Source: an uncultured Oscillibacter sp.
Lineage (GTDB): Bacteria > Bacillota > Clostridia > Oscillospirales > Oscillospiraceae
Assembly (NCBI GenBank): GCA_964462715.1
Contig: CAYWYW010000001.1
Coordinates: forward strand, 1-55,544
Length of the DNA stretch: 55,544 bases
Direction: 5' to 3'
A program made the translations under genes and the position numbers. The notes under the pieces were generated by a model. It was not told where the DNA came from. It was given only the letters and a program-made list of their open reading frames with translations, and searched no databases. Below, piece after piece: positions 29,525-39,707 of the stretch (position 1 is the first letter of the stretch; each line of letters begins with the position of its first letter).

Positions 29525-30944
29525 CCGGCGTCCCTCCAAGGGCCTGCGCCATCGAATCTATGTGTTCGGCGGCAGTATGATCCTGATGATCCTCCTGGTG
29601 GGCGGACTTTTCGGTATGGCCGCGCTCCGCAGCATCTGGAGCTACCAGGAGATCATGACCCAGATGACAGATATCCAGCAGTTGAAGGGACAGGTCAGCA
29701 CGGTCAGTGAGCAGGTCCAGAACCGTGTGGTCAACGGTGTGGAAAATATCACGGAGTGCATTTCCGCCTGGGAGGAGCTCAATCAAAGAATCTGGCAGTT
29801 GGAGCTGTTGGAGAGTTCCAGTACACTGCGGCTGCTGGCGGAGGATCTGCGGGCATATCAAAAAGGGACTTCGTCTGATTTTTATGTTCTCATCCGGGAA
29901 TCGGAGCCGGAGAAGATCATGGAGTATTACCAGGAATTTCTGACACATCAGGAGGATCGGCTGTTCCTGTGTGATCAGATACTGAAAAACCTGACAGAGC
30001 ACATGTCTTCCAGATATGAGACGATCCTGCGGCAGAATGCCGTGTCTCTGGCGCTGTTTGCTGTGCTGATTTTGTCACTGCTGCTGTTAACAGGATGTTT
30101 TTCTTTCGAAATGGCAGAGGATGTGTATCAGCCGGTCCAGCGGCTGACCGGCCAGGCAGAGAAGATCATGGAAGGCGACTATCAGATGGAGGACTTGCCT
30201 GTGGCACAGCAGGATGAGATCGGCCAGCTGACGGAGGCCTTCAATGCCATGAAGAACCGTGTGCGGGAAAACTTCCAGAATCAGGAGGAGCTGTGGCGGC
30301 TGGAGAGCCTGTTGCAGGACGCAGAATTCCGGGCGCTGCAGTCCCAGGTGAATCCACACTTCTTATTTAATGTGTTAAGCGTAGCCACAGAGGCGGCTTT
30401 GCTGGAAAACGCCGACAGAACAGTTGATATCATTGAACACATCTCCTACATGCTGCATTACGGACTTACCAGTGTGCGGGAAGACAGCTGGCTGGCGGAT
30501 GAACTGAAAATGGTGCGCTCCTATCTGTTTTTGCAGAAGGAGCGGTTTGGAGACCGGATCACCTTCCTGGATTCTACCCCGGAGGAGCTGCCGGTGCTGC
30601 GTATTCCGGGTATGACGCTGCAGCCCATTGTGGAGAATGCGGTGAAGCACGGCGTGGAACGGATGACCGCCGGCGGAAAGATCGAGATTATCCTGAGTCA
30701 GACACCGGAGGCGGTGGAGATCTACGTGGAAGACAATGGCTGCGGTATTCCTCAGGAACAAGTGGATGCCCTGAACCGGGGAGAGACTGTCCGGGGCGAT
30801 TCCAGATCCACGGGGTTGGGAATTGCCAATGTGCGCAGCCGCATGGCCATTTTCTATAAGCAGGAGGGACTGCTGAAAGTGGAGAGCCGGGATGGAGAGG
30901 GAACCAAAGTCTGTTTAAAATATCTTGTTCAGGAGGAGATATAG
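29511..30944 (+). CDS. YesM/LytS-type sensor histidine kinase
   Basis: Two TMs, HAMP, LQSQVNPHFLFN, QPIVENAVKHG, DNGCG, GLGIANV. Confidence 0.93.
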   Translation: MNKTDRRPSKGLRHRIYVFGGSMILMILLVGGLFGMAALRSIWSYQEIMTQMTDIQQLKGQVSTVSEQVQNRVVNGVENITECISAWEELNQRIWQLELLESSSTLRLLAEDLRAYQKGTSSDFYVLIRESEPEKIMEYYQEFLTHQEDRLFLCDQILKNLTEHMSSRYETILRQNAVSLALFAVLILSLLLLTGCFSFEMAEDVYQPVQRLTGQAEKIMEGDYQMEDLPVAQQDEIGQLTEAFNAMKNRVRENFQNQEELWRLESLLQDAEFRALQSQVNPHFLFNVLSVATEAALLENADRTVDIIEHISYMLHYGLTSVREDSWLADELKMVRSYLFLQKERFGDRITFLDSTPEELPVLRIPGMTLQPIVENAVKHGVERMTAGGKIEIILSQTPEAVEIYVEDNGCGIPQEQVDALNRGETVRGDSRSTGLGIANVRSRMAIFYKQEGLLKVESRDGEGTKVCLKYLVQEEI

Positions 30945-30945
30945 G

Positions 30946-32424
30946 ATGTACCGGGTACTGATCGCGGATGATGAACTGCGGGACCGAAATATTATTAAAA
31001 TTTTGCTGGAACGTCGGTATGCCGGTCAGTTTCAGTTCCTGGAGGCGGAAAACGGTCAGCAGGCGCTGGAGATTCTGAACCGGGAGCCGGTGCAGCTGCT
31101 GATTCTAGACATCAATATGCCTGGCCTTTCCGGCATTGATGTCTTGCATGGGCTGAAGGGTATGCCCTACGTCATTGTATTGACAGCCTACGACAACTTT
31201 GAATATACCCGGGAGGCTCTCCGCTACGGTGTGCGGGATTATTTGCTGAAGCCTCCTCTGCGGGAGGAGTTTTACCGGGCGGTGGACCATTTTCTGGAGG
31301 ACTGCGAGAGGGTGCAGGAGAATCTGGCACCCCAGATCCAGAGCCGGGAGGTATTCACACGGGACCTGGCCCGGCAGCTGATGTACTTTGGAGATGCAAA
31401 GAAGATCCGGGGACTGCTGAATGTGCTGGACATCACAGAACAGCATGCCTTGTGCGGACTTCTGCGCGTTGATTTGGAAACGGACCAAGGCTGTGTACTG
31501 GATGAGGCCGAGGAGCTGCTGGACCGATGGGAGGCGAAATACGCAGCGGCAGCCTATGGCGGCGGCCTGGCTGTGTTCCTGTTTTGCCGGGATGAGGACG
31601 CATCGGAGCCACTTCAGCTGCTGACCCGGTTGGCTCAGTCCCTGGAGAATGACCTTTGTGCTCCGGTCCGGGCGCAGACAGGCCCGCTGGCGGCGGTTTT
31701 CGGCAGCTATCCAAAGACTTTTTTGGAATTGACCAGGTTTGAAAAGGATGGACAGATGGCTTTCCGGGCGGAGGTGCAGCAGACTGATCTGGAAGATGCC
31801 GTGCGGCACAGAGACTTTGCGGCGGCGATGGAGGCCCTGCGGCCCATTCTGGAGGCGATGGAGAAGTCCGAAGAATATGAGGACCTTCTGAAGTATCAGT
31901 TGCTGCTGGCCCTGAGTCAGTGCACCAGCCAGATTCTCGGTGGCAAAGCTGCTAATGAAGCCTACCACCGAATCAGCGGCCTTATCAGTGCCCGCGGGCG
32001 GGAACAGGCAACGGAGATCACAGCCCGGTATCTGGAGTGGCTGCTGCAGGAGGCTCGGGGAACAGATGGACTGCGAAATAATGTGGTGCAGGTGGTATTG
32101 GAGAAAGTCCAGGAGGATTGTAGCCAGCCCTGGAGCATTGACTCACTGGCGGACCGCCTGCATGTAAACGCCTGCTACCTCAGTCATTTGTTTAAGGAAC
32201 ACACAGGGCGCTGCTTCACTGATTATTTGGCAGAGCAGCGGATAACCCAGGCGGTGGAGTTGATGAAGACCACGGACATGAGTCTGGCCCGAATCGGCGA
32301 ACAAGTGGGCTACGGTGATCCTAATTATTTTAGTAGAGTCTTCAAAAAGCGCAGGGGTGTCGGTCCGAGGGAGTTTTCCAGGACCCTGAAGGGAGGACGA
32401 CAGAAGTTGCATAAAAACGATTAG
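30946..32424 (+). CDS. YesN-type response regulator (REC + AraC)
   Basis: IADDE, LDINMP, YLLKP; AraC tail VGYGDPNYFSRVFKK. Confidence 0.93.
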   Translation: MYRVLIADDELRDRNIIKILLERRYAGQFQFLEAENGQQALEILNREPVQLLILDINMPGLSGIDVLHGLKGMPYVIVLTAYDNFEYTREALRYGVRDYLLKPPLREEFYRAVDHFLEDCERVQENLAPQIQSREVFTRDLARQLMYFGDAKKIRGLLNVLDITEQHALCGLLRVDLETDQGCVLDEAEELLDRWEAKYAAAAYGGGLAVFLFCRDEDASEPLQLLTRLAQSLENDLCAPVRAQTGPLAAVFGSYPKTFLELTRFEKDGQMAFRAEVQQTDLEDAVRHRDFAAAMEALRPILEAMEKSEEYEDLLKYQLLLALSQCTSQILGGKAANEAYHRISGLISARGREQATEITARYLEWLLQEARGTDGLRNNVVQVVLEKVQEDCSQPWSIDSLADRLHVNACYLSHLFKEHTGRCFTDYLAEQRITQAVELMKTTDMSLARIGEQVGYGDPNYFSRVFKKRRGVGPREFSRTLKGGRQKLHKND

Positions 32425-32614
32425 CACAAATTTGTAGAATAAGCACGAATTTGTATAAAACAAACAGACGGACGGCTTTGGCCGCCCGTCTATTTGGTGT
32501 AGAAAAGCAAAGGTGTGCTAAAAAAATGCACAACTGTGCATGGCAGAAAGACAAGAAAGTTTATATTATCTTAACATGGCAAGTCCCAAATTTACATTTG
32601 AAAGGGAGAATAAT

Positions 32615-33646
32615 ATGAAAAAGTTGTTTGCTCTGCTTCTTGCACTGGCTATGACCCTGTCTCTGGCCGCCTGCGGCGGTAAGAAGGACGAGGCTCCCGC
32701 CAGCTCCGACAAGCCCGCCACCGAGGCCCCTGCTGAGAAGAAGGTCCTGCGCCTCAGCACCCATCTGTCCATCGACCACAGCACCATGCAGATGGCTCAG
32801 AAGTTCAAGGAACTGCTGGTGGAGAAGTCCGGCGGCACCTTGGATGTGGAGTTCTACACCGACGGCCAGCTGGGCAGCCAGACTGAGAACTGCGAGTCTC
32901 TGAAGGCCGGCACCGTGGATATGACCATCATCGACACCGGCACCCTGGCTAACTACAACCCCGCCGCCGGTATCTTGGATATGCCTTACCTGTTTGCCTC
33001 CAAGGAGCAGGCCGTTGAGGCAGTCAGCGGCGATGTGGGCAAGGATTACATGAATATGGTCACCGAGACCACCGGCATCCATCCCATCAGCCTGCAGGCC
33101 ATCGCTTTCCGCAGCACTCTGCTAAAGGACAAGACCATCAACTCTCTGGCTGACTTCAAGGGTGTCAAGGTCCGTATCCCCGAGAACCCCTCCATCGAGG
33201 CCTGCTTCTCCGCTCTGGGTGCCACCCCCGTGGCTATTCCCTCCGGTGAGGCCTATACCGCTGTTCAGACCGGCGTTACCAACGGCCTGGAGGGCAACAT
33301 GGAGTACATCTCCCAGATGAAGTTCTATGAGGTCGCCAACGTCTACAACCTGACCGAGCACGTGATGACCTTCACCGCTTTCTGCATGAGCGATTCCGTC
33401 TATCAGAGCCTGACCGCCGAGCAGCAGACCGCCGTTGACGAGGCTGCCGCCGAGGCCATGGACTTCTTCTATGACCTGTATCTGGACATCGAGGCCAACG
33501 CCAAGCAGGCTATGGCTGACGGTGGTGTGACTTTCGTGGAGATGGACAAGGCTCCTCTGATGGAGGCCTGCGCTCCCGCTCTGGAGAAATTTGTGGCTGA
33601 CAACGGCCTGGAGGAAATGTACGCTGCCATCCAGGCTCTGGCCTGA
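32615..33646 (+). CDS. dctP: TRAP transporter solute-binding lipoprotein
   Basis: Lipobox LAAC; GQLGS, FKGVKVRIP, YTAVQTG. Confidence 0.92.
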   Translation: MKKLFALLLALAMTLSLAACGGKKDEAPASSDKPATEAPAEKKVLRLSTHLSIDHSTMQMAQKFKELLVEKSGGTLDVEFYTDGQLGSQTENCESLKAGTVDMTIIDTGTLANYNPAAGILDMPYLFASKEQAVEAVSGDVGKDYMNMVTETTGIHPISLQAIAFRSTLLKDKTINSLADFKGVKVRIPENPSIEACFSALGATPVAIPSGEAYTAVQTGVTNGLEGNMEYISQMKFYEVANVYNLTEHVMTFTAFCMSDSVYQSLTAEQQTAVDEAAAEAMDFFYDLYLDIEANAKQAMADGGVTFVEMDKAPLMEACAPALEKFVADNGLEEMYAAIQALA

Positions 33647-33700
33647 TTTTCGGACTATCCCCTTGTAAGCATACATTACACGAGAGAATAGGACGAGACT

Positions 33701-34183
33701 ATGAAAGCTCTTGAAATTCTTCGAAAAATCACCGATGCCATCGTTGCGATCCTGTTTGCGGTTCTGGTGACGCTGGTGTTGATCCAGGTGTTCACCCGAA
33801 TGTTCCACATGTCCCAGACCTGGATTGATGAGATCTCCAAGTTTGTGTTCGTGTGGGTCACCTATCTGGGCGGCGCCATCACCGTTCGCAAAGGTGCCAA
33901 CATCACCTTTGACCTGGTGCTGGAAGGTGTCCACGGCAAGACCTACAAGATCCTGTTCACCTTTGTGAACATCGTCTGCGTCATTTTCCTGGCAGCCATG
34001 GCGGTGCTGGGCTCTCAGGCGGCCTGGGCCAACCGTGTCCAGTTGTCCACCATGACCCGCGTCAACATGGGCCTGATGAACATGGCCATCCCCATCGGCT
34101 GCGTGCTGATGATCATCGCGCAGGTAGAGTATTACTTCAGTACCCTGAAGAAGAAAAAGGAAGAGGAGGTCGCAGCCAAATGA
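33701..34183 (+). CDS. dctQ: TRAP transporter small permease
   Basis: 4 TMs, WIDEISKFVFVW. Confidence 0.9.
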   Translation: MKALEILRKITDAIVAILFAVLVTLVLIQVFTRMFHMSQTWIDEISKFVFVWVTYLGGAITVRKGANITFDLVLEGVHGKTYKILFTFVNIVCVIFLAAMAVLGSQAAWANRVQLSTMTRVNMGLMNMAIPIGCVLMIIAQVEYYFSTLKKKKEEEVAAK

Positions 34184-35457
34184 CGATGTTTGTTACCGCG
34201 TTCGTGATCTTCTTTATCCTTTTGTTCGCGGGTGTACCCATTGCCTTTTCTATGGGCCTTGGCTCTTTGATCGGCTTGATGGTGGACGGAACCAACCTGT
34301 CTGTCGTGGCCCAGCGCCTGTTTTCTGGCGTCAACTCCTTCAGCCTGATGGCCATTCCCTTCTTCATGCTCTCCGGTGAGCTGATGCTGAAGGGCGGCAT
34401 TTCCCGGCGGCTGGTGGACTTCGCCCACTCCCTGATCGGCCACCTGACCGGCGGCCTGGGCATGGTGGATATTCTGACCAGTGTCATTTTCGCCGGCATC
34501 TCCGGTTCTGCTGCCGCGGATACGGCGGCTGTGGGCTCTATCATGATCGAGCCCATGAAGGACCGGGGCTATCCCGGCGGCTTGGCGGCTGTCATTCAAG
34601 CCACCGCTGGTTCTCTGGGCCCCATCATTCCTCCCAGCCTGACCATGATCATCTATTGCTCCCTGACGAATCTGTCCATCGGTGAGTGCTTCATGGCAGG
34701 TGTGCTCCCCGGCCTGGTGATCGGTATCGGCTGCTTGGCTATCACCTATTTTTATGCCAAAAAGCTGGGCATCAAGGGTGAGCGCCGCGCTACTTTGGGC
34801 GAGATCTGGAAGGCCTTCAAGAAGGCAGCGCTGGCCCTGGTGATGCCGCTTATCATTATCGGCGGCATCGTAGGCGGCGTCTTTACCGCCACTGAGGCGG
34901 GTGCCATCGCCGTGCTGTACGCCCTGGTCATCGGCATGTTTGTGTTCAAGGAGTTTACCTGGAAAGATCTGCCCAAGATTTTTGTGGACGCTGCGGCTTC
35001 TTCCGCCATGTGTCTGTTGATCGTGGCTGCAGCCAATGTTTTCAGTTGGCTGGTGGCTTATGCCAAGATCCCCACTATCATCGTCAACTTCTTGGTGTCC
35101 CTGACCTCCAGCAAGTATGTCATCATGATCCTGCTGGTGATCTTCCTGCTGATCGTGGGTATGTTTATTGAGACCCTGTCTGCCACTATCATCGTTGCCC
35201 CTATCTTGATGCCGGTGGCCGCACAGTATGGTATCGATCCCATTCAGTTCGCCATGGTCATGATCATCACGTTGGTGTATGCCGGTGTGACGCCTCCTGT
35301 GGGCGGCGTGCTGTTCATTACCATGGGCATCGCCAAGGTCAAGATGAAGGAGACACTAAAATATCTGCCTCCGTATCTGGGGGTGGTCTGTATCAGCCTG
35401 CTTTTGCTGATCTTCTTCCCGAAGATTTCCCTGTTCCTGCCCAATCTGTTGTTTTAA
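34180..35457 (+). CDS. dctM: TRAP transporter large permease
   Basis: AIPFFML, ISGSAAAD, IIPPS, TPPVG. Confidence 0.93.
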   Translation: MTMFVTAFVIFFILLFAGVPIAFSMGLGSLIGLMVDGTNLSVVAQRLFSGVNSFSLMAIPFFMLSGELMLKGGISRRLVDFAHSLIGHLTGGLGMVDILTSVIFAGISGSAAADTAAVGSIMIEPMKDRGYPGGLAAVIQATAGSLGPIIPPSLTMIIYCSLTNLSIGECFMAGVLPGLVIGIGCLAITYFYAKKLGIKGERRATLGEIWKAFKKAALALVMPLIIIGGIVGGVFTATEAGAIAVLYALVIGMFVFKEFTWKDLPKIFVDAAASSAMCLLIVAAANVFSWLVAYAKIPTIIVNFLVSLTSSKYVIMILLVIFLLIVGMFIETLSATIIVAPILMPVAAQYGIDPIQFAMVMIITLVYAGVTPPVGGVLFITMGIAKVKMKETLKYLPPYLGVVCISLLLLIFFPKISLFLPNLLF

Positions 35458-35465
35458 TTGATGCA

Positions 35466-35503
35466 GAGAGGCCGCCTCGCCGTTTGGTGAGGCGGCCTTT
35501 TTT
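35466..35503 (+). terminator. Intrinsic terminator after dctM
   Basis: AGGCCGCCTCGCC...GGTGAGGCGGCC followed by T-tract. Confidence 0.8.
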
Positions 35504-35574
35504 CATGTAGGTGAAAAGCATCTTCAAAGGCAATTTTCGGAAAAAACCGCAGGGGGGGGAGGATGATGTAGCGG

Positions 35575-35620
35575 TTGACTTTGATGTCTGCAGCCTCTAT
35601 AATGACAAATAATCGATCAT
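35575..35620 (+). promoter_or_regulatory. Sigma-A promoter and operator of the third GntR
   Basis: TTGACT-N17-TATAAT (35598) followed by AATAATCGATCAT. Confidence 0.7.
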
Positions 35621-35662
35621 GCGCAGTCCGCTTGTATGCGGAGTAAGGTGGAGGTTCAAGAT

Positions 35663-36337
35663 ATGAATAGGGAAGATACGGGTGTTTCCCATCGGAAGGT
35701 ATTCCGGGAGGAAATTCGGAACGCCATTCGGGAGGCCATCTTTTCAGGGGAACTGAATCCCGGGGACCGTATTATTGAGACGTATTGGGCGAAGGAGCTT
35801 GGGGTGTCCCAGGGACCTGTCCGGGAGGCCATCCGTGATCTGGAGGCTGTGGGCCTTGTGGAGACGGTGCCGTTCAAGGGTTCCCGTGTCCGTTCCCTGT
35901 CAGAAAAGGACGTACGGGACAATTACAGCGTCCGTATCTGCCTGGAATCCAAGAGTATCCGTGATGTTATTACGATGCTGACAGACGACCGGATGGAACA
36001 GCTGGCGGTTTCCCTGCAGGATATTCTGAAGGAGATGGATGGCTGTGCGAAGCGGGGAGACCTGCGGGCTTTTACCGAGTGCGACACAGCGTTCCATCGG
36101 GCCATCATCGACGCCACGGGGAATCAGGTGCTTTTAAAGCTGTGGGAGCAGTGCAATATGCGGAACTGGCTCACTGTGCCCGCGCTGACCAACGCGGAAA
36201 GTCTCCTGCAGCTCCAGTCTGGGCATCAGCACATCTGCCAGGCTATCTGTGCCAAGGATGTGAAGGAAGCCACATCGACGTTGGAGGATCATTTGACTGG
36301 CTTGATGGACGGATTTATCCGGGGCATCCAGCCGTGA
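35663..36337 (+). CDS. GntR (FCD) regulator
   Basis: GDRIIETYWAKELGVSQGPVREA; FHRAII; RBS GGAGGT. Confidence 0.92.
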   Translation: MNREDTGVSHRKVFREEIRNAIREAIFSGELNPGDRIIETYWAKELGVSQGPVREAIRDLEAVGLVETVPFKGSRVRSLSEKDVRDNYSVRICLESKSIRDVITMLTDDRMEQLAVSLQDILKEMDGCAKRGDLRAFTECDTAFHRAIIDATGNQVLLKLWEQCNMRNWLTVPALTNAESLLQLQSGHQHICQAICAKDVKEATSTLEDHLTGLMDGFIRGIQP

Positions 36338-36427
36338 CCGGGAGGAAGCGTTCCTGATCATTCCTCTGTACATTTTGTGTTGACGGATTGAAATGGAATC
36401 CATGGAAAGCATGAATGGGATACGATC

Positions 36428-37036
36428 ATGGAAAAGCTGGGGGATGCAAATGATCTCCTCCATTGGCGTTCCATGTATTCTTTGTGTCAGGATTCCCCTG
36501 AAAGTCCTATGAACGCTTGTACGCGCCGCGGGTATGACTCTAAACGCAACTGGAGCAGCCTTCCCACTTCTGCACAGAGTGATTATACAGGTTTTCGTCC
36601 TGTCCTGATTCCGTTGGACCCTGTAACTCTGAAACCAGATTCTAGGCAAATATCCAATATTCCAGATAACTCTGTGGTCCGTATGGGATGCCTGTTTATG
36701 AATGAGCACCCTGTGGATGTCCCATCGAATCCCTCCTATGATGGTGATATCCCTGATTATATGCGTGGCGCTTCTTTGCGGATTGGCCAGCCGCTTTTCA
36801 AAGGTCTGTCTCAGCACACGCTCCATTTCGTAAAGTGCGGTGGCATCCTTATCTGTGACCGCAATCTTTTGAAAAATATCTCATGGGATAGTTTGAAAAA
36901 GCAGGGTTTGGTCTACGGCAGGGAAGATAGAAAACTGTCTCTAGCTGAGCAGATGAAACGCGCTTCTGAAAAGGCAGCAAAACAGCATAGAGGACAGGAT
37001 ACGGTTAAAGAAAAAGGCGCTTTGCAGTGTGATTGA
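36428..37036 (+). CDS. Hypothetical protein (mobile-element type)
   Basis: 202-aa ORF; GFRPVL and CDRNLLKNISW motifs; basic C-terminal tail. Confidence 0.55.
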   Translation: MEKLGDANDLLHWRSMYSLCQDSPESPMNACTRRGYDSKRNWSSLPTSAQSDYTGFRPVLIPLDPVTLKPDSRQISNIPDNSVVRMGCLFMNEHPVDVPSNPSYDGDIPDYMRGASLRIGQPLFKGLSQHTLHFVKCGGILICDRNLLKNISWDSLKKQGLVYGREDRKLSLAEQMKRASEKAAKQHRGQDTVKEKGALQCD

Positions 37037-37368
37037 TGCAAGGAATTTTGGATTACTCAGTTATGGAGTAAGTCATAAACTGTGAAGAGATTTATGAATA
37101 AACAAGTTATTTTCAAAAAGGCTTTTGTTTCCATGACAGGTGCGCCGCGCTCCCATTTTGGATACCTGTCGTTGTTCGCTCTGGGCAATCTGTTGGGCTG
37201 TGCTTCAATATTAGCTGCAAGGAGTTTTATTTAAAGAATCAGAAATGATCGAACGCTACTCTTCCGGCAAGTACACATTGGGTCATTTTCAGTATCTGTA
37301 TAAGAAAACCGGCTCTTTCCGATTTTGTGTCGGAGAGGGCCGGTCTCATTGATAAAAGGACGTTGCAG

Positions 37369-39597
37369 TTACTCAAGCAGCCGGTTGAACTTCTGTGCGG
37401 CTTTTTGCAGAGCGCTTTCAGGCTCATCCTTACCTGTGACACAATCACAGACGGCTTGGGCAATGATCTCCTCATACTGTTTTATGCCAATTTTTTCTCC
37501 GCTGGGAGGAAGATAACGGCGGTGACTGGTAGGATAGATTTCCAAAGATTTCTGTACCCACGGATAAATGTTACGGATCTCATTGCTCCTGTAGACTTCT
37601 TGACAGGCGGAAAGGCTGCCCAACAAGGTGAGTGGGATGGCGTTTTTTTTGTCACAGGCCCACTGGAGGAAGGCCAAAGCTGTGTCATATTTTTTACTGT
37701 TGCGGTTAATGGCGAGTGTCCAGCCGCCCAGAACAGGGCAGTTGCCGGGAATGTTGCCGAAACCGACTTTGCCGATGACCTTGGAACGACTGCGGTCAGC
37801 AACAGGAGAGACATAAGAGGAGTACATGACCATCATAGCGGTATCGCCTGCCGAGAATTCCTCTACTTGCTCGTGCCACCAATTGTCCACAGAGGCTGGA
37901 TTGGCATAGCGGAAGCTCTCACAGTAGTTAATCAATGCTTTAATAGCGGAGGGGCTGTCCAGCGTAATGCGGTCATGGTGGTCAAATACCTCGGCTCCAT
38001 AGGACCAGAAGCGGGGCAAATATTCGCAAAGGGCGGCGCTGGAGAACCTGCAGCCCAATGTGGTGCCGTAGGTAGTGGGGGATTCCGGATTGCAGGCTTT
38101 TGTGAAAAACTTTGCTACAGCATTGAATTCGGACCAGCTTTCAGGGCATTTGAGCTCTGTATGATACTGTTCGTAGAACATCCGGCGCAGGTCTGTGCGG
38201 TCAAAGAGGTCTTTTCGGTAGAAGAGCAGCTGATTGCAATACTGGTATGGTAATGCGTAGATTTTGCCGTTGTAGCGGGCAAAATCATCAAATAGCTCTG
38301 GCTGCACATCCAGAGAGCTCAAAAAGCTGTCATCCGCTACGGAAGTTAAATCTGCCAGCAGGCCACGGGAGGCCATTTCACGCAGCCACAGCACATCAAC
38401 AGAGAAAACATCTACCTCTGAGCGGTTGGAGTGGTCATACAGTACCTTATAAAGATCTTCATGGGGATGCTTTTCCAGTTCAACGGAAATACCAAGAGTC
38501 CTTTTTAACTCTGGAAGCAGGGCACGGAGGGCATTTGCCATATCTCCTTCAATAATAGCCATCCGGATGGACTGTTCTTCCTGCTTTGGCTCAGCTATGG
38601 CAGGAACCGCTGGTTTTTCAATATATACATAGATATTATTCAGGAGGATCTTTCGGCGCTCAAAGAAAGCATTGTTTTGGATATTATCCAGCAGGACTTG
38701 TGCGACAATGTCGCTCATTTGCAAACTGGAGCGGGGCAGTAGTGTTGTGGAGGGATAGCGGTTGTCATTCCAGGAATCCTCTCCAAGTGTCACAACGCGG
38801 GGGGCCGTTTCTGTGCGGGAATACTTTAAGGCGCCTAGCACACCGGAGGCAAGCTGTGTGCTTGTACAGATGATGGCGTCGGGGGGTGTAGGCAGGGATA
38901 GCAGATGAACCGTAGCGGTAAACGCATCTTCGTTTCTGCCGCTGGTATGCCGTATATACGGAATCTCAACTATGAGGCCGGCATCCTCAAATGCCTTGAA
39001 ATAGCCGCGAACACAGAGCTGTTCACTGGAATATTCCTCTGCGCCAGCGATGAGTCCGATGTGGGCATATCCTTCATTGAGAAGTGTTTTTACGGCGTAG
39101 TGGATGGTCTTATCGTTTCGAAATCCCACAAAATTGCAGTCCACATCAGGAATGTCCCGTTCGATAAAAACAGCGGGGAGGCCCCCAGACAATAGAGCAG
39201 AAAAGTATTCTCTCTCGTTGGGACGGCAAGTGGCTAATACGATACCTGCAGGCTTGACGCTTTCCAACTGAGAAAGCGTGACCCTTTCATTTTCTGGCAC
39301 ATCTTCCGTAATATAAAGCAGTGGTTCAAAGTCCTTATCGCGGAGAATTTGTGAAAGCTGCGTATAGAACTGTGCATAGAAATAATCTGTGATATTTGGG
39401 AGAACGATTCCGATCTTCCGGGAGACTTCCATTTTTAGGCTTCTGGCAGAGGCATCTGGTGTGTAGCCCAATGCTTGAATTGCCTGTTCAACTTTCCGCA
39501 CATTTTCAAGGCTGACAGAACTGACCCCTTTCAGTACGTTGGATACTGTTCCGTGGGAGACGCCGGCATATTTGGCAACATCCCTAATCGTAGCCAT
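37369..39597 (-). CDS. LacI-family regulator fused to a C-terminal sugar solute-binding domain
   Basis: MATIRDVAKYAGVSHGTVSNVL HTH; C-terminal YALPY, LFYRKDLF, LGGWTLAI resemble SBP_bac_1. Confidence 0.88.
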   Translation of the reverse strand: MATIRDVAKYAGVSHGTVSNVLKGVSSVSLENVRKVEQAIQALGYTPDASARSLKMEVSRKIGIVLPNITDYFYAQFYTQLSQILRDKDFEPLLYITEDVPENERVTLSQLESVKPAGIVLATCRPNEREYFSALLSGGLPAVFIERDIPDVDCNFVGFRNDKTIHYAVKTLLNEGYAHIGLIAGAEEYSSEQLCVRGYFKAFEDAGLIVEIPYIRHTSGRNEDAFTATVHLLSLPTPPDAIICTSTQLASGVLGALKYSRTETAPRVVTLGEDSWNDNRYPSTTLLPRSSLQMSDIVAQVLLDNIQNNAFFERRKILLNNIYVYIEKPAVPAIAEPKQEEQSIRMAIIEGDMANALRALLPELKRTLGISVELEKHPHEDLYKVLYDHSNRSEVDVFSVDVLWLREMASRGLLADLTSVADDSFLSSLDVQPELFDDFARYNGKIYALPYQYCNQLLFYRKDLFDRTDLRRMFYEQYHTELKCPESWSEFNAVAKFFTKACNPESPTTYGTTLGCRFSSAALCEYLPRFWSYGAEVFDHHDRITLDSPSAIKALINYCESFRYANPASVDNWWHEQVEEFSAGDTAMMVMYSSYVSPVADRSRSKVIGKVGFGNIPGNCPVLGGWTLAINRNSKKYDTALAFLQWACDKKNAIPLTLLGSLSACQEVYRSNEIRNIYPWVQKSLEIYPTSHRRYLPPSGEKIGIKQYEEIIAQAVCDCVTGKDEPESALQKAAQKFNRLLE

Positions 39598-39707
39598 GAA
39601 AAAACCCCCCATCATATATTTCTATTATTGGGTTCAATTATTATATCCAAAAGGAAGAAAAAAGGCAATATGTCATCTCGCATTTATTATACACGCCAAA
39701 AACGTAA

